Assembly: GCA_044892525.1 (NCBI GenBank)
Contig: CM097888.1
Coordinates: forward strand, 77,314,001 to 77,378,000
Reading direction: 5' to 3'
Source of the DNA: Schmidtea polychroa
Lineage: Eukaryota
DNA length: 64,000 bases
The notes beneath the pieces are model-generated. The model saw nothing but the letters and a program-made list of their open reading frames with translations. It searched no databases and was not told the DNA's origin. The position numbers and the translations under genes are program-made. The first letter of the stretch is position 1, and every line of letters begins with the position of its first letter. Of the stretch, positions 60,092-64,000 are shown piece after piece.

Positions 60092-61739
60092 ACAGGACAC
60101 GCGAAGATTTCTCATCGCGCCATGTAAGTATACACTATTGCTTATTCAACTCTATTGCATACTTTCCCTGGTACACTGGAAATCACATCACTTGCAAACA
60201 ATAATCAATGTCAGATGTAATTAAACTATTTTTATTTTCCAATTTTAAATTAAGTTTATCTTAACTTACATTTTTAATAAGAATTCATTTAGTAAAATTC
60301 TGTTTCAATTGATATTTCGGATTTTTTCAGCTGGCCACAATATTTGGCCAAAAATAGATGAATCGGAAACGAATTTGTTAATTAAAATTTAATTATTAAA
60401 TATGATTATTTACTGATAGTTATATCAATAAGCGGTTTTTTGAATTTATTAATTATCAATTCTCTAATTGATAACAAACTTGAAAAGTATTAATTATATA
60501 AAAATGGAAATAATACTGGGATCACATGATTTGATCCAGATTAGTTATATAATTGATTATTTTTGCCTACTGTCTTTGGTTTTATTTTCAGCAAATAATA
60601 GATTTTGTATATTTTTGCTTGTTTCACAACTCATTTTAATTCAATAATAATATTTTAACAATAATCAATAAATTCATTAAATAAATTTAAAAATTTTTTA
60701 TTTGTATATTTTTGCATGCCTCGCAATTCATTTTTATTCAATAGGGATATTTTAACAATAAATAATAAAGTCATTAAATAAATAAATAAAATTATTAATT
60801 GATTTATTATATAAACTGAAATGGTTTTTGATTTTTGGAAGGCTGGTCTATTAGCCGCGCTTGACGAGCACAGATGTTATGTTAAAATGTTAATAAGCGA
60901 ACTACTTGTATGTACTTGTCAGAAGATTTAATTTTGTTTATATTTTAAATACAAAATATAAATATATTATTAAAACAAAAAAATATCCAAATAATATGTG
61001 GGGTATGTAATTAAAAATGAATAATGTCTTGAGCAATGTCATTATTCAACATACCACAGAAAAATACATGTTACACTTGTTATTGGTTAATTTTAATTGC
61101 GCCCCCAAAATGAATTTTTAAAACTAAATTTCATAGTTGATTTAAAATGTAATACAAATTTTAATGATAGACTGGTGTAGAGGTTATTTAGTTCATTGAA
61201 TCGTGGAACGGTTTGCATGGAGATTTAAAGTTAATTTTTCATTTTTTATATCTGTAACATAATCTGAAATATCTCATAATTGATTTCTACAAGTCTTATA
61301 AAAGCGAGATTCATTCTACAGATTATAGTTTCCTTACTGAAAAATTTGGAACCACCATAAACAATTGTTTGTACTTAGTGACAGCAATGGAGTAGAAATT
61401 GCAAATAATGCTTAGAATATTCGAGCTAATAAGGTCTTTGCAGAGACCAATTCTAGTATAAAATCTTTAATTTTTTTATTTACTCTTGACTTGTTTACTT
61501 TTCATTTGTTTTCATTACTAGAAAGTTTGTGTTACATTGGAAAATAAAAAATTTTGATCTATAGTCGTAATTAAAAAAAATGAAATTTTTTTAATTATAA
61601 AATGTTAGAAAAATAAATAAATTTAATTATATTCTTGACTTATATTGGACCTTATTATTTTGTTTTACTCTATCGGTAACCGTAGAAAGAACATTTAGTA
61701 AATTTAAAATTATAATGGATCATACAACATATTCAATTG

Positions 61740-62623
61740 GTCAATCATGAATGAACAATTCCAAATTAGAAATGCAGGAAAAAATGAATAAAATGGAATA
61801 TATGAGCTTTACAACTGATACGTGAATATCAGTTAGCATGGATTCATATATGAGTATTACAGCGCATTTTATTGATGGCGATTTTTTATTTTAATTCATA
61901 TCTTCTTTCCATGGTATATTTACCGCTGCGACGCACAACTATCAATCTCCATGCTAAATTTGAAGAAAAATTAAAAAAGAATAAGGTCGATGAAAATGTG
62001 TAAGCATAATCCATGAGAGTGCCAAAGAAATGACAGATGGAATGTCAGATAATATTAAATGTTTAATTCGTCTTATTCAATTATTAATTAACCATGCTCT
62101 TTGGAATACCAATGTCAAACGTATTCTCAAACTAGTAAGGGGCATTGTAGGGAATTTTCATCAAATTTAATTTTAGTGCTTCAGGATGAAGAGAAGTATG
62201 AAAGTTCTTTTATTTTATTAGAAAATAGCTATTAAAAACTTGAAATTTGTTAAAGAAAAGTTAAATACAGAAATTAAAATAAACCTCGAAATTGAAGTAC
62301 AAACTTCTTTATGGGAAAACTTTATTGATGATAAAAGTTATTACAAAAGTGAAATGAATGGATATGTTATAAATTGAAGATCAATGGATATCAATTGGAA
62401 ATAATGGAAAATCCATTAGATTTTTGAAAAAGCGATTATAAAAATTTTTCTATTCTTGAAAATCTTAGTAAAATATATTTATGTATGCTTGGATCGAGTG
62501 TGTCACTGGAGTAGTTTTTCATCTTCTATGAATATAAATAATGACCTGAGGAATAGACTAACATCAAAGAATGCTGAATTGCTGGTTATCTTATACCATA
62601 ATGCAAGAAACATGAAGATATAA
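61740..62623 (+). mobile_element. Degraded hAT (Ac/ZBED-like) transposase remnant
   Basis: EYMSFTTDT*ISVSMDSYMSITAHFID near 61796 (TTDxWTS...Y...TAHFID motif) and LSKIYLCMLGSSVSLE*...RNRLTSKNAELLVILYHN near 62465-62600; many stops. Confidence 0.78.
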
Positions 62624-64000
62624 AAATTTAATTGAATTTATATTATCATATTCAATATGGATTTATTATACCCTTTCATAACATCAAAATGGGTTAATTT
62701 ATTAATAATAATTCTTTATTATTATCCCATCTCTAATAGAAATGAATATTACAGGTCTCACTGATAAATTTGCTTCCGAAAAAGGTAGAAAGAAATTAAA
62801 AAATATTTATTATTTAAAATATTATATTTTCTTAGTTTAAAATATATTTAAAAAAAAACTATTTTTAAATTGCATTTTACTTCTTATTCAAGTATATTTT
62901 TTATTTGAACTTGTTATTTGGTTTCTAATATATAAAATGGATTAGTAAATACTAGGAGAAATCAACTATTATTTCGTTTCTTTTTTCCATTGTAAATTTA
63001 TATATAAAAAATCTAATTTTAGATTTTATTGTTATTTATTATAAATATTTAATGCATGAATTCCCAGGTTTATGATATAAAACATTTGTATGAATTGAAG
63101 TCATTTCATTCTAGTGATAAATAAGAAAATCAAATCGGATATTATAAGAAAATTAATTAATTGAAAATTAATTTTTTACAGTAAATTTTAACTGTTAAGC
63201 AGAAATTCATTTGACTAAACCAACAAAAATTCCCTTTCTCGCTACTTATATATTAAATTTAAACCACACAGTAAAATCTATTGTTAACATAGAAATAACA
63301 ATAATAACAGATAACTTTTTGAGTGACAGCTTTAAACTTCGAATTTAATTTGGCACAATTAATCAAAATAACAGCAATTTGTAAATTTATCGAAACTTCT
63401 CAGTAAATTATTATTACACTTCTTTGACCGTAATAGCCTTCTGAGTAAATATCCTTCTCCTTATCAATTAATACTGCCTCCTTACTTTTCTCCAAACAAA
63501 TTTTATTTCAAGTTGATCAAATACGAAAACTAATTTAAAAAAATTGACAAGCTGATGTCCTGTCTGTTAAGTTCGGGAGTTTGTTTTTTAACCGATAAAG
63601 CAAGTAATAACGTAAAACTGGTATATTTTTGATACAATTATCTTTCCTTATTCAATTTGTTTAGTTATTATTAAAATAAGTTTTCTGGTAAAAAAAATTC
63701 GCTGTAAAATGTTATTGTAACTTTACAGATACCATTTAAACTTTCGCTATTTATGTTAATATTTTAGAAAATTTCGGCACATAATTCTCATTAAAAAATC
63801 CATCGTTGATAAGGAAACATATTTACTATTAGGATTCTCATCCGTTAAAACATTAATATCTGTTTGCAAATCACTAAATAATTCTATAAAATTTATTTAA
63901 TAAATTATACACTCAAAACTTATCTTCTCTTTTGTTTCTTATTTAAACAAATTTTAATCTTATTTTTAAAATATTCCTCGATAAAAATATTTTTAAAAGT

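Larger units (their letters stand above)
59644..60198 (-). mobile_element. Partial tandem (about 1.5 units of 362 bp) of a hammerhead-containing retrozyme/Penelope-pLTR-like repeat
   Basis: 59644..59836 and 60006..60198 are 193-bp direct repeats at a 362-bp offset, each carrying a hammerhead motif on the minus strand. Confidence 0.8.

Noticed and set aside
1-64000. CRISPR arrays, tRNA or rRNA genes
   Set aside because: No repeat-spacer array, cloverleaf or rRNA-like sequence was seen; the context is eukaryotic.

Overview
This is a very AT-rich eukaryotic (bilaterian invertebrate, inferred) draft-assembly window with about a dozen N gaps; nothing in it looks prokaryotic. I can support four host genes, all on the + strand. 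(1) A 3-exon GnRH/corazonin-type rhodopsin GPCR spread over 35 kb: join 7993..8466,18329..18530,42952..43445, 389 aa. (2) A 4-exon CCDC12/Cwf18 spliceosome gene missed by the ORF track (46264..46716). (3) An intronless 275-aa ORF I do not recognise (48995..49822). (4) A spliced ankyrin-repeat gene whose 3' end I could not place (54597..56338). A degraded eEF2-like fragment lies antisense just after the last ankyrin exon found. The rest is mostly transposon debris: several hAT elements (one near-intact transposase, plus Buster-type elements with TIRs and 8-bp TSDs), Tc1, mariner and pogo remnants, and Penelope-like RT fragments. The most notable non-coding signal is a set of minimal type-I hammerhead ribozymes. 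Two lie in tandem 362 bp apart (59688..59729 and 60050..60091, minus strand) in a retrozyme/Penelope-pLTR-like layout, a dispersed third copy lies at 12197..12238, and a second family occurs at 16051..16089. There is also a near-perfect 50-bp-arm palindrome inside a decayed hAT in GPCR intron 2. All family assignments come from motif recognition by eye; no searches were run.
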